Of a stretch of DNA of 64,000 nt, positions 13,125 through 26,970 are shown piece by piece; the stretch's first letter is position 1; each line of letters begins with the position of its first letter. Source of the stretch: Octopus vulgaris. Its lineage: Eukaryota. The stretch is from positions 101,060,001-101,124,000 of the forward strand of contig OX597820.1 in NCBI GenBank assembly GCA_951406725.2, read 5' to 3'. The position numbers and the translations under genes are program-made. Below the pieces are notes generated by a model. That model was not told the origin of the DNA. It was given only the letters and a program-made list of their open reading frames with translations, and did no database searches.

Positions 13125-13385
13125 AGTTTGGTTTGTGCCGGTGGCACGTAAAAAGCACCAACCGATCGTGGCCGCTGCCAGACTCCCCTGGCACCTGTGC
13201 CGGTGGCTCGTAAAAAGCACCCACTACACTCAAAGAGTGGTTGGCATTAGGAAGGGCATCCAGCTGTAGAAACACTGCCAGATCAGACTGGAGCCTGGTG
13301 CAGCCTCGTGGCTTCCCAGACCCCGGTCGAACCGTCCAACCCGTGCTAGCGCAGAAAACAGACGTTAAACGATGATGATGATGAT
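13125..13385 (+). mobile_element. RTE-derived 3' tail element with (GAT)n end, inserted in a family B SINE
   Basis: GGAAGGGCATCCAGCTGTAGAAAC...GACGTTAAACGATGATGATG. Near-identical copy at 47885-48121. Confidence 0.75.
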
Positions 13386-13809
13386 AGAATAAGTGCTAGT
13401 ACTAAATAAGTACTGAGGTCAATTTGTTTGGCTAAAACATTTCAGGTCAATGCTCCAGCATGGCCACAGTCCAATGACTGAAACAAACAAAAGATAAGAG
13501 ATCAGTTGATATTATTGAGCCTAGTTTCAACAATGATTGAGCAAGCCTATGATGAAAGATATTCCAGCCACCACCACCTTATCTTTTATTTAACCGTTTA
13601 GCATTTACACTACCCTGTTAAATACAATGCTTGCTCACTCACTTTGTTTTGAATTAATCATGTATTATCTCACAGCTTTGAGATTTCAATGATGTGATTG
13701 TTTATTTTTAGACTGATACTGTAGGGCAGATGTGAGAAGGCAGATCTGGTTGATTTGAACTAATAAAATATAGGCTGGAGATAGCCAAGTTAAATAATGC
13801 CAAAGAGAT

Positions 13810-14215
13810 AAACTCTTTTACTTGTTTCAGTCATTTGACTGTGGCCATGCTCGAACACCGCCTTTAGTCGAGCAAATCGACCCCGGGACTTATTCTTTGT
13901 AAGCCCAGTACATATTCTATCGGTCTCTTTTGCCGAACCGCTAAGTGACGGGGACGTAAACACACCAGCATCGGTTGTCAAGCAACGCTAGGGGGACAAA
14001 CACAGACACACAAACATATACACACACATAAATATATATAAACATATATATGACAGGCTTCTTTCAGTTTCCATCTACCAAATCCACTCACAAGGCATTG
14101 GTCGGCCTGAGGCTATAGCAGAAGACACTTGCCCAAGATGCCATGCAGTGGGACTGAACCCGGAACCATGTGGTTGGTAAGCAAGCTACTTACCACACAG
14201 CCACTCCTGCACCTA
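13810..14215 (-). mobile_element. SINE family B (tRNA-headed, internal TA/TG microsatellite)
   Basis: Inverse of GGAGTGGCTGTGTGGTAAGTAGCTTGC...GAAACAAGTAAAAGAG. More than 15 copies in the window, e.g. near 15695, 17025, 18405, 19770, 45170, 55315, 55765 and 60345. Confidence 0.85.
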
Positions 14216-17200
14216 TGTATCTATGACTATATTATTCCGTGTGTCTTGAATCTATTTTAAAGATTAGTTGTATGATTCAAGGGTGATATGGCTGCTATTT
14301 CTTCCAGGATGAGTACCTACAAATTGGCAGTCTCTTTGCGGAAGCAGTAGTGATTCAGTTTATTTAAAATTAGTTGTGTTTTGAATTACCTGAATACTTT
14401 CCAGACATGTTTTGATTATTGAAATATTTCAATGTAAATTTTTTTTTCCTTTTTTTTTTCATGTTAGTAATTCATTTTCATTCTATAATTTCCTTGATAA
14501 ACCGGTTTTATTGCTAATGCTTTCAAAGGCTTTCAGAAAAGCAAACATATCACCTGATATCATTCCCCACTTTTGTACTTGTAAATAGTGTCTGAGTCAG
14601 GAATTTGCTTTCCCCATTAAAAAGGAAAAAAAAGAAAATTTTTTAATGTATTTCTTTGCAACTAGGCATAAAACTAATTATGTTAGGTATAAGTTGTTTA
14701 GCCACAGGTCAATCCTAGTTAAGTAGGACTGATTGAGGCATTCTAACATAGTCCATCTCATTTTTTTACTTTTTCAGTATGATGTATCTAGGATCATATT
14801 GGCCAATGTATCCGCCCCCTTTTTTTTATTATGACCGTTGGTTGTGATTTCTGGGTGGTTTGGCTACTAATTTTAATAAGGTAGTGGCCAAGTGTATTAC
14901 ATTCTCAGTCAGGAAAGTTATTAGACATATTAATGGTAAAGAAATAATGTTGTTTGATGAAGCCTGGGTGTTTCGTCTCTATGATGGGGAGGAAAAGGAT
15001 CAAATTGCATAACAATGTGATACATTGCAGACACACCCAGTCAACATATGTGAGCTTGGAAACATGGACATTAAATTGATGATAATAAGGGTGGTGGTGG
15101 TGGTGGTGATGGTGGTAGCAGCAGCAGCAGTACATACAGAAGTACAGCAACATGAAATCCACATCATGTACAAACAAAAACAAAAACCTTTCCTTGCATT
15201 CTCTTTATCTGCTAGAAATAGCAGCTAAATTTTCCTGAAAAATTACCCTGTATGTGGATAGAAGAAAAAGTGTTTATAAGAATCAATATTCAACAGCTGC
15301 AGTTTCTATGACTTGCTTCTAAGACATGGTGGAAACGTTTGGCTTCAAAGACTTGATTAAAAACAAATTTTTTTTTTTCCGTTTCCATAATACAAGCCTG
15401 TATTGAAGTGATTTAGCCCTTTAGTATTCAGATTACCTGGCCAAATGTAATGTTTGTTTATTCATATAGTTTTAAATTAATCATGCATTATCTTGTAGTT
15501 TAGAGATGTTGATGACGTGACTGCTTAGTTTTACAATGACATTGCAGGGATGAGTTGAGAGACCAGATCTGGCCAGTTTCAACATAAAACGTTAAATATT
15601 TTGGCCAGATATGATGGGTTTGAATGCTAAAGGGTTAGATTAAAATCTTTCATCTTAATTCATGTTCCAAACACCAGTAACAATGACAAGTGTGCCTGTG
15701 TGGTAAGAATCTTGCTTCCCAATCATATCGTTTTAGATTCAGTCCCACTGTGTGACACCTTGGACAGGTGTCTTCTACTATAGCTTTGGGCTGACCAAAG
15801 CATTGTGAGTGGATTTGGTAGATGGAAACTGAAAAAAGCCCATCTCATATATATATATATGTGTGTGTGTGTGTGCCTTTGTGTCTATGTTTTTCCTCCA
15901 ACTATCACTTGACAACCAGTGTTGGTGTGTTTATGTCCCAATAACTTATTGGTTTGGCAAAAAGAGACTGATAGAATAAGTACGAAGCTTAATAAAATCC
16001 TGAGGTTGATTTCTTTGACTAAAATCCTCCAAGGTGATGTCCCAGCATGGCCACTGTCAAATGACTGAAACAAGTAAAAGAATAAACAAACCATTTTTCG
16101 AAATTAATTGAGAGACAGGCAGTGTGTTTTGAGAGAAATATTATCAGAAATGGGTTTGCTAATGAATTTATTTTACATGTTCAAACCATAATTTGAAGGG
16201 TTATTGTTGTTTAGTCCTGTCATAGTTTTTATCAGACCTAACATAGCTAAGTGGGTGTAGTTTAGAGGAGATTTAGCTGTCAATTCACTAGAAGGTGGTA
16301 GGGGTTGGCTCTCCTACTTGCAATATATTGGATGCAGATTGCATCATTAACCAGATAGAGGAAATGTTCTCTTGGAGTTAAAAAATTGCAGTAATGTCCA
16401 TTCATACTTAATAGCCACATTGAAATGGCTACAAACATTACTTGCCAGTAGTTACTACTTTCATCTCTTACAGAGATTTCATAACCATTTACTTTGCTTC
16501 TAGCAGACATGTTATCAACTTAAAAAGTTCCAAATTACGAAGAAGACTAAAGGTATTCGTTGTCTTTCAAAATACAAAAATCAGTGGCGTTTGTTGTCTT
16601 TGCTTCTCCTGTAGTATTGTAACAACTTTGGCAGTGAGTTTTCATTTCTTCTTTGCTCAGGCAGCTCAAGAAATAAGGTTATCACCATATCCTGTCAAAC
16701 ACACAACTATGAAAACAAATCAAACATTCTCTTTTACTTGTATAATTTGCACAACAGGTATTGTATGTTCAAATGAATATCTTTTTTCTTTAGACAGGGT
16801 CATGTTAGCTAATTAAGAATTAACATGCAGTCGTTGTTTGGCTAAGAAGTTCATTTTTCAACCATGTGGTTTTGGGTTCAATCCCACTGCATAGCACCTT
16901 GAACAAGTATCTTCTATTATAACTCCCAGCTAATCTAAGCCTTGCGAGTGGATACAGTTGAGGGAAACTGAAAGAAACCTGTTGTGTGTGTGTGTTTGTA
17001 CTTTACTTGTCTAGTAGTGTTTCATGGGTGTGTGGTATGAAGCTTGCTTCCCAAAAACATGGGTGGCACCTTGGGCAAGCGTCCTCAACTATAGCCTCAG
17101 GCTGACCAAAGCCTTGTGAATGGATTTGGTAGATGGAAATTGAAAGAAGCTTGTGTGTGTGTATGTATGTATATATTTGTGTGTGTATGTTTGTCTCCCT

Positions 17201-18368
17201 CCATTCCCACCATCACTTAACAACTGATGTTGATATGTTTATGTCCTTGTAACTTAGCGATTTAGCAAAAGAGTCTGATAGAATAAGTACTAGGCTTACA
17301 AAGAATAAGTCCTGGGGTCGATTTCTTTGGCTAAAAAACCCCTTTAAGGTGGTGCTCCAGCATGGCCACACTCAAATGATTGAAACAAGTAAAAGAATAA
17401 AAGAATGGCTTTGCTAACAGTGCTGTTTATCTCCAGTTTGTGTTTGGGTTGTTTGCTAAACTGGGAAATTATAACCTAACTTGCAAACAAGTGGGGGTTG
17501 TTGACAGGAAAGGCATCCAACCATAGAAAAGCTCTTTCTTACCACACTCTCGTCTAACCCCTACGAGGATAGAAAAGGGTCCTTAGAGAAAACAGAATAA
17601 TGAGTAATCAAGACAAATGTTATAAAAAACTACCAATAGTAAAGAGGAATTGTTTAAAACATGATGACTTGATAAACATTCCAATAAGATCAAACTCTTA
17701 GTTTGGAAATTCTATCTCAAGGGTTTGAGTTTTTTGTTGCTTTGTTTCTAAAAGTTTTACTGAAATGTTTTCAGAGACTGAAATATGAGAAAAATATACA
17801 GAAATAACATTTAAGCACAAATTAAAGGAAACTTTTTAAATAAATATATTTTGAAAATTGAATTCCAATATTATTAACAAAGGCACGAGTATGACCTTGT
17901 GGTAAGAAGTTTGCTTCCCAACCACATGGTTTTGAGTTCAGTCCCAGTATGTAGCACCTTGGGTGGGTGTTTTTCTTTTATCACCCCAGGCCAACCAATG
18001 CCTTGTGAGTGGATTTAAGAAATGGAGACTGAAAGAAGTCCTTGTGTATGTGTGTATGTTTCTTTGTGTTTACCTCCCTGCCACCCCCACCACTTGACAG
18101 TTGAAGTCAGTTCCTTTGACTAAGGTGCTCCAACAGGGCCACAGTTGAATGACTGATAGCAGTAAAAGATAAAAGATAAAAGCAGTGAATCAACAGAATT
18201 GATTGGACATTGGACAACAAACAAATATGTAAATAAATAAATAAATTACAATTCAAATCTTTTGTTTAGCCCCAGGCTGCTCTTGATTCTTCAGCAGATC
18301 AGCCTCATTCCAACCATAACCACCCCATCTGAACTATATTATCTAATGTGTATTTTCATTACTTAAGA

Positions 18369-18985
18369 CAGCGCTTATCAACTGGGGTCCATATAAGAGT
18401 TATGTAGGTGCAGGCTTCTCAACCACATGGTTCTGGGTTCAGTCTCAATGTGTGACACCTTGGGCAAGTGTCTTCTTTTATAGCCTCAGGCCGATCAAAG
18501 CTTTGCAAGTGGATTTGGTTGATGGAAACTGAAAGAAACCTGTCGTATATACATATATATTTATATGTATGTATGTATATATCTGTGTGTGTATTTTGTG
18601 TCTGTTTGTCACCCATCACTGCTTGACAACCGGTGTTAGTGTGTTTATGTCCCCATAACTTAGCAGTCCGGCGAAAGAGATGGATAGAATAAGTACTAGG
18701 CTTTAAAAAAAATAAGTCCTGGGATTGATTTGCTAAAGCAAAACCCTTCAAGGTGGTGCCCCAGCATGACCACAGTCAAATGACTGAAACAGATAAAATA
18801 AGTAAAAGAGAAAATATTGGTTTTATTTCTACAATACACAAAGTATTTTAGCAGTTTTCTTATACGATTCTTGATAATATTAAAAAATATATAAGATCTT
18901 TTAAACATCGAATGGCTTGGAGGGTCCATCTGAGTAAAATAGAATCCAAAGAGATCCATAAGTATAAAACGGTTGAGAAACACTG
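18369..18985. mobile_element. hAT-type MITE containing a nested family B SINE
   Basis: CAGCGCTTATCAAC ... GTTGAGAAACACTG ends. Degenerate 8-bp TSD ACTTAAGA/ACCTAAGG. Confidence 0.65.
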
Positions 18986-19001
18986 ACCTAAGGCATTAAG
19001 G

Positions 19002-19309
19002 CAGGGGTTGGTGAGCCAGGATAAATTACCCCACGTGGGGTAAAGGTGAAATTCTTGGGGATAATGAGGACTCGTTAGACATAAGTAAAATTAAATAAAA
19101 AAAACATGTTCCTTGTTATGACAGAAATTTTTCTTCTGGCAGCACAGCATCTGTCCAATATGAATATATATATAGATTCAATAAAATAGATTCAAAAACC
19201 TTTTGAATTCAAAGAATCAATGATTTTCTTTCTTTCAAATCAGTGGGGTAATGTCAGCGTAAATAAATACATTTTGGGGTAATTGGTTAAAAACGTTCCC
19301 CAAGCTCTG
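19002..19309. mobile_element. hAT-type MITE
   Basis: CAGGGGTTGG ... CCCAAGCTCTG ends. Perfect 8-bp TSD CATTAAGG (18994-19001, 19310-19317). Confidence 0.8.
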
Positions 19310-20668
19310 CATTAAGGTTTATTCAAGGAAGATATGGCTGTTGTTTCTAGCAGCTTGCAAATCATGTAAGGGTCTACTTTTGGCTCAATGACAGCTGTAT
19401 TTATAGCTGTGCTCACATGACAGTTCTGTTTACATTGCAACCTGCAGCAAGCAGGTGTAAATGATTGTAGTAAGTCCTGTGTGCGTGCGTCGAGCAGAAA
19501 GTAGGACAAAACATTTGTGTTCTAATTAAAGTCTTTTGATCTTAATGCTTTTACCACTTTTACTGTTACTATTTAAAACTACTAACACAAATTTGTAATC
19601 ATAGATAAGCAGTCATAGATAAACTGGAATACCTTTCCTTCTGTTTCATATACCATTGCTATTAGAAGATTGTTTCTATCCTTTTTTATTACCAAATTTA
19701 ATGTTGAAATACACTTCTTTATTTATTATCTTTTTTTTCTTTTTCTATTAATTTCAAAAGTTATGAAGATGCAGGCATAGTTGTGTGGCAGGAAGCTTGC
19801 TTCCCAACCATATGGTCCGGGGTTCAGTCCTATTGTGTGGCACCTTGGGTAGTTGTCTTCTAGCCTCAGGCCGACCAAAGCCTTGTGAGTAGATTTGGAT
19901 GATGGAAACTGAAAGAAACCTGTCATATATGTGTGTGTGTATGTATATGTGTCTGTCCCACCCCACCCACCACCACCACTGCTTGACAACTGGTGCTGAT
20001 GTACTTACATCCCCGTAACTTAACATTTTGGCAAAAGAGAGTGATAGAATAAGTACCAGACTTTTAAAAAATAAGCATTGGCATCAATACATTTGACTAA
20101 AAACTATTCAAGTTGGTGCCCCAGCATGGCCACAGCCTAATGACAAACATGTCAAAGATAAAAGATAAATATATAAAGATAATTAATGAGCTGATGTCTG
20201 GAACTTACATGACATTTTGATAGAAAGTTTTAGATCACCTTAAAATGGGAAGTCTAAAACTAAAGGCAGTCTTGAGTGGTTTGGTATTAAAATGTTTAAG
20301 TGGTAGTTTTCTAATGAAGGGGAAATCAAGTAGGGGGTTAATCTTGTTGGTCAACCTCAAGAAAGCCCCACAATCAAACACTGCTGCCACTTTCTGGTCT
20401 TTTCTTATGTAAATATAATGTGTTTAGGGCCATATTATCCAATGGGTGACCTAGCCTTTTCTTTTCTTTTATGATGTGGAGTGATTTGAGGGAGATTTGG
20501 CTATGATTTTAGCTGGTTAAATGAATGGTTATCTTATATGACAACAACTCTGTACGTTGAAAGTGTCAACAAATAGGTGAGGAGTCTCAATGAATGAGAT
20601 GTCAGTGCTAGTAAAGAATTATCCAAAATTCTGATTACCTCCTTTTTCGTAATATATATATATATATA

Positions 20669-20930
20669 CCTTCTTCTTCTTCTACCCTACCAAGAATTCA
20701 CAACGACCTCGAACACACAAGTGTAAACAAGGGAGACGGAGAAAGGCAGAATGCCACTTATATTTAAACACTATACAAATATTCCTTTAAAAAAACTTTT
20801 CTTTTAATTTTTCTAAATTTAATTATTTAATCGTTACAGTTGAAAAGGTCTCAAAATGACTGAAACCGGTACTGAAATGTTCTTTATAAAATTATTTTAG
20901 CATTTTCTATCTTGACTTGTTTTTTCATAC
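20669..20930 (+). mobile_element. Probable Penelope-like element 3' remnant with a degenerate hammerhead motif
   Basis: Flanked by (TA)n on both sides. Contains CAG-TTGAAAA-GGTC-TCAAAAT-GACT-GAAACCGGTA-CTG at 20837-20874. Confidence 0.5.
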
Positions 20931-20945
20931 ATATATATATATATA

Positions 20946-20996
<51 letters not shown>

Positions 20997-23800
20997 GTGT
21001 GTGTGTATTTGTCCCCTGTCACTACTTCACAACTGGTGTTTGTGTATGTCTCTGTAACTTAGCAGTTCAGCAAAAGAGACTGATAGAATAAGTTCCAGGA
21101 AAAGAAAAATAGTACTGGTATTGATTTGTTGGACTAAACCCTTCCAAATGGTACCGCAGTATGGACACAATCCAATGACTGAAACACATGAAAGATAGAA
21201 GATAAAATGAACAAACACAAAACAACTGAGAGATACATATCTAAGCAACTGGATGCCTTCAGTCTACCGAAGCAACAATACATCTCTAGTCTTTCATATC
21301 AATAGATTAATCAATAAAGTACTTGGGCTATGAGTACTTTATGTACTCCTAATGTTGCTTACTTGTTGTGGCATGTTTGCTTGCTCGAAGACAGTTTTTA
21401 ATTACTGTGATTCAAATGCAGAAGTTTGAAGTTTTAACTCTTTTGTTCCTATATTTTGGTTGAAATGCATTGCCTTTGTTTCAATTAATTTTAAAAATAA
21501 TGTTGAATTTAGTATTTAGAGCTTCACTTAACATTGAGGGAAGGTTTTGATGTAGATCACTTAAAAGCATGAAGTTTGTATCTAAGAACCAGGGGCAGTC
21601 TTAGGCCAGTTGGTATCAAAAGGGTTTATCATAATTACCATCATCATCATCATCATCATCATTTAACATCTGTTTTCCATGCTGGCATAGGTTGGATAGT
21701 TTGATAGGACTGCACCAGATTTCACTGTCTGTTTTGGCATGTTTTTTTTTAACAGCTCATGCTCGTCCCAATGCTAACCATGTTACAGAGTGGTCTGAGT
21801 GCTTTTTATGTGGCAACAGCACCAGCGAGATCTGTTATGGGGTGGTTTTTACAGCTGGATGCTCTTCCTGACACCAACCACTTTACAGAGTAGACTTGGT
21901 GTTTTTACATGGCATCAGCACCGGTGGGGTTACCAAGTATCGCACGAGATGAAGATCCTTTGGGGTTGTGGTGGGGATATTAGAGAAGGTGGCCTTGTGC
22001 CAGGTGATGAGAGGTTAGAGTGTGTCAGAGGGACAGAAACAGATGTCTTACTGTAAAGGAGATATATAAAGGTGGTGCTCCAGCATGGCCGCAGTCAGCT
22101 GACTGAAACAAGTAAAAGAATAGCATGTAATAATTCTCAGTCTTTATAACATTCAAATCCTAATAAATAGTTTATGAAAAATCAGGATCTAACACATTAT
22201 CCCTACTGTTTTTCCTATTTTTTTCTCCATTTCACGTAATCTCTTACCAAAGATATTATCACACATTTTATGAATCATCACAAATATTTTCTCCCTGGAA
22301 GGTTGGTGAAGATGTTTGAGATCAGCAGTGCATTAATTGTAAAGTTATTATAGTATTTAATTTGGTCCCAGTGTGGTCAGTAATTGAAGTACCACTGATA
22401 TGCCTCAAAATTTTTATTTACCTACTAAAAAAAAAAATCTATATTTTCTTTCCAACTATTACAAGATGCATAAATTTGTTTGACCTATACTGTCCTTCAC
22501 CTTGGGTATGTTAACATATTTAATGCAAGAAGTATGAACAAGTCAACATTGTACCATGAGGAAGAAAAAAAATATTCTTCAGCAGCATAATTTCTTCCTC
22601 TTTCCAACAAATAAGGGTGCCTGTTCTCAACAGGTCTCAAAATTCATTATGTTACTATTAATGTGTTTGGAAGGGCATCCAGCTATAGAAACCATACCAA
22701 AACTAACATTGGAGCTTGATGCAACCCTGCAGGTCACCAGATCCTATCAAACCTACCAATCTATGCCAACTCGGAAAACGGATGATGATGATGGTGATAG
22801 CTGTGGTGATGGTGGCAATGACAAGAAGACAGGCATCTGTTTGAAATCGTTTTTGAGGTTTGGCATCAAAAAGGCTGAAGAAACTCTGCCTCAACATAAT
22901 CACTTCCAATCCATAGAAATGTGAATGTTAAAACAACAATGATATGTTTATGTATATGATAGAGTCTCTCTATTTATAGATGTGCACTGTATTGAATTAA
23001 AATTCACTGCTGCATGATTAACAAGTATCTGACTAGTTTGCATTGCTGACTTCATAATCCTTCTGTAGACCTGGAGAAAGAATACACTCAGAAAGAATAT
23101 AGTTGCAAAACATAGCCTCTGATACCAAAACAGCTCCAACAGCTAGCAACAGGGAAACTGTGGGCCAGCTCAGCAAGTCAATTTGCCCAGAGAAGAAGTC
23201 ATGCATTGCTAGATGTGTTGTGGAATGGAGTTCTTCATTGCCTGCTTTCATAATACCTGACCTCTGCTTACTACTGCCTGCCTTTTATACTCATGCACCA
23301 ATCCTGCAAAAAGTCACATACCTTTGTAACTTTTTTTCCAGTGTTGTGACATGTTACCCATTATCCGGACTGACACACCAAACTCTCACTTCCTTCTCTT
23401 GCCAATAACATGTTAATTAACATCAGTATTTTTAGGGAACTTGCTAATTGTTGTCACAATCTGACATAGCTGTGGCTCCTGGTGTTTCTTAACTGGTAAA
23501 GATAAAGGTAAAGTTTCCTTCTTGAGTCATACTGACTCATAAGGGCCAGTTTCCCAATTTCCATGATGTATAAATTCCACACCTGGATGGGATGTCAGTC
23601 CATCGCAGGGTTACTCATTTTTGCCAGCTGAATGAATTGGAACAACATGAAATGAAGTGTTTTGCTCAAAAACATGTGTCACCCAGTCCAGGAATCAAAA
23701 CCACAATCTTACAATCATGAGTCCAACACCCTAACCACTAGGCCATGCACCTCCAATGTTTCTTAAATGAGATAATGTTCATTAATTGATCACCTCTCTC

Positions 23801-24200
23801 AATTGAACATCTGGCATTAGGAAGAGCATCCAGCCATAGAAATCATGCCAAAACAGACAGGGAACCTGAGCAGCCCTCTTAATTGAACAACTGGTGTTAG
23901 GAAGGGCATCGAGCCATAGAAACCATGCCAAAACAGACAGGGAACCTGAGCAGCCCTTTCAATTGAACATCTGGTGTTAGGAAGGGCATCCAGCCATAGA
24001 AATCATGCCAAAACAGACAGGGAACCTGAGCAGCCCTCTTAATTGAACAACTGTTGTTAGGAAGAGCATTGAGCCATAGAAACCATGCCAAAACAGACAG
24101 GGAACCTGAACAGCCCTTTCAATTGAACATCTAGTGTTAGGAAGGGCATCCAGCCATAGAAATCATGCCAAAATAGACAGGGAACCTGAGCAGCCCTTCA
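23801..24200 (+). repeat. Tandem array, 5 x 80 bp, derived from the RTE tail element
   Basis: Units start AATTGAACA at 23801, 23881, 23961, 24041 and 24121. Confidence 0.95.
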
Positions 24201-24483
24201 GCTAGTCAGCTCCTGTCAAACCATCCAACCCATGCCAGCATGGAAAATGGATGTTAAACGATGATGATGATGATGATGATATTGTGCAGCTTACTGTCAC
24301 AGTAGCTAGAATTTTATTCTCCCTTTCATAACAATATACACAATATCACTCTTGTATATTCTTTTCCAAGAGCTTCTGAAGCCAAAAACATAAGCAGATA
24401 TAAAGAAGTGTATAAAATATAACAGCTGCTTTGATATACAATTCTAATGTTTTCTCTCCTTTTTGTTTTTGTTTTATAAACAG

Positions 24484-24656
24484 CTTACTTGACACGGTCA
24501 TTGAATGCCCAGATGAAGGTGTCAGCAACATAAAGAAACCATCCAGGTTGACCAAGTACCACAGTTCTAAAAAACTTGGTTCTTTATATACCTCCATTGA
24601 CGACCTGTATGTCCGTAAGAAGCTTGGTGCTAATAAAAGTCGCCGATGTGAAAACT
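24484..24656 (+). CDS. R3HDM4: R3HDM4 exon 2 (LLDTVIECP...VRKKLGANKSRRCEN)
   Basis: Polypyrimidine tract with AACAG acceptor and GTAAGT donor. GxxKxRRxEN motif of the R3H-associated N-terminal domain. Confidence 0.9.
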
Positions 24657-24741
24657 GTAAGTAGCTTATGAGTATATTTAAAATGTTGTAAACAACTGTA
24701 GAGTGTTAAATGTTTAAGACCATTTGGAGATGTAGCCTAAG

Positions 24742-24965
24742 GTTATCATGGCCCGGCTTTGCGAACGAAGATCAGGAAGGCTGTCCACGTCGCGTGCATG
24801 CATTCTCATGACTGACAAGTCTGATATGGGAAAGGCAACACAGTCACCGAGTTTGAGGCACAAAGGAGAGATGTGCTTAAAGACAAGAGATGCAGGAGGA
24901 AGGCGCAAGCCGTCTCTGACACCACACCGGATGTTACCTTCGTTTTTGGACACTGATCATGGACC
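24742..24965 (-). mobile_element. 5'-truncated RTE LINE 3' end
   Basis: 11-bp TSD TGTAGCCTAAG (24731-24741, 24966-24976). Minus-strand CLSHIRLVSHENAC resembles the RTE C-terminal CxSxIGLxSH. Confidence 0.65.
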
Positions 24966-26330
24966 TGTAGCCTAAGATACTTCTGCATTAAACAAGTTGG
25001 GACCCTTTTTATGACCCAGGAAAAGAATAAACATGTTACTGTTTAAAAAAAAAAAAGTGAAAAATATCCAAATGTTTGTATGTCAGATCTACATTGTAAG
25101 AAGTTCATTTTGCAGAAACTCCACTACACCTGTGTTCTTCATCCTGTATTCTGTAGTCAATGTATGAACAAATGCTTCAGTTCTAACAATTTCACAATAG
25201 GGTTAAAAAGAAAAGCCCAATTAATTTTTAAACTATATGAGATAGTGATCTTCCTTTAAGGCACATCAACTTATACATTTGTGTAAGCGTGTTCATGCAG
25301 ACACACATACAGGAATCTTGTCAGTTGATAACATTCCTCTTTCTGGTGTCTGGTACTGAAAAAGAGATAACCACGCTGAAATGCATACATCCATCTGTCT
25401 GTTTAGAAGGTACTTCGAACTGACTCCATGACAAAATACAGTGAACGACTTTCTTACAGGTTTGGATATGCCTCAAATATATTTGAACTGATAACAAGTA
25501 TTGTTTATTTGGTGGAGGGTGTGAGCTAACGTACTGCACAAACATTTGAAGCACTATAAATAAAATCACATGTTCAGGATGTTCAACAAGTAATTGCATA
25601 ACACAATCTTACTCAGCCATGGGAAACTACAATTGATATATATATATATACATACATACATACATACGTTTTATTTATTATTTTGCTCATTACTTAATCA
25701 TCGTTATATTTTTTATCTTATATTTAATCTTTCTATTATATGTAATTTTCTAGATGGTGTAATTTAATTTTTCATTTTGAATTGATAAAAGGTTTTTTTC
25801 TAATTTATATATATATATATATACACACACACATACATATATGTATATGTATATATAGTGTATATACATATATATACATACATATATATATATACACATA
25901 TATGTATTCCTTGTCTTGCAAGTTACTTGGTGACCCTACTGGTGCTGGTGCCACATAAAAATATATCCAGTCCACACTGTAAAGTAGTTGGCATTTGGAA
26001 GGGCATCAAGCTGTAAAAACTATGCCAAAACTGACCTCACCTGTGCTGGTGCCATATAAAAAGTACTCTGTCCGCTCTGTGGAGTAGTTGGTTTTAGGAA
26101 GGGCATCCAACCATAAAAACCCTGCCAAAACAGACACAGTAGCCTGGGATAGTCTCCTGTCAAACCGTCCAACCCATGCTTGCATGGAAGGCTGATGTTA
26201 AACAGTGATGATGATGATGATGGTACACACACACACACGCATGTCACACTTGGGGCTTGGGGGTGCCAGCAAGTTTCAATCAGGCCGTTTTAATCTCTAT
26301 ATATATATGCGTTGCTATTTTCTTTAACAG

Positions 26331-26449
26331 TATGCTATCTCCTGAATCTGGTTGACAAAGATGACTGGGGAAACTTGGAGAAAATCGACCGTGTTGAGCC
26401 CAGGAGGTCAGTCTTTGCCGAGATTTTAATGGACAAAGAGAAATGGAAG
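26331..26449 (+). CDS. R3HDM4: R3HDM4 exon 3 (LCYLLNLVDKDDWG...RSVFAEILMDKEKWK)
   Basis: TTTAACAG acceptor and GTAAAT donor. Phases 1 and 0 fit both neighbours. YLLxL and xFAE motifs. Confidence 0.9.
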
Positions 26450-26970
26450 GTAAATGTTCTCTTGCAGTATTTTGTGTTTCAATGAAAGCAGTTCTCTTTC
26501 TTTCCCTCACTTTCTCATTTTTCCCCTCACCTTCTCTTTCTCTCTTACACACACTCTCTCTCTCTTTCCTACACTATTTTTCTTTCCTCACTCTGTCTTC
26601 TTAACTGTCACTCTCACTCACTCAGTTTTTTCTCACTCTGTTTTCTCTGTCCTATTATCCTTTATATCCATCTCTTTTCCTTTCCTAACACACAGCTACA
26701 CACATACATGCGTGCGTATACACACCACACACACACACTCTCTCTCTCATCCTTGCATATCTGTAGTAAGCATTTAAATTTTCAGAATTCTTTAGGAAAT
26801 TCAGAAATACTTTGGGATTGGATAACAACTGGGAGTGGCCAACAGCTTATTTGATCAGATTTTTTTCTTCTTTTTCTTATCCATATCAGTTTAGCAACAA
26901 GTTACTGTATTAATTTCATTTTGGGATTTGGTTTGCAAGAGTCTTTATGTGAATTCGTGTGTTGAAGCAT

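Noticed and set aside
16490-16800. Splice-like sites in intron 1 that could mark extra exons
   Set aside because: No homology, and exons 1 and 2 already join in frame
23801-24200. CRISPR-like regular array
   Set aside because: No unique spacers, eukaryotic context, no cas genes; the unit derives from a retroelement tail
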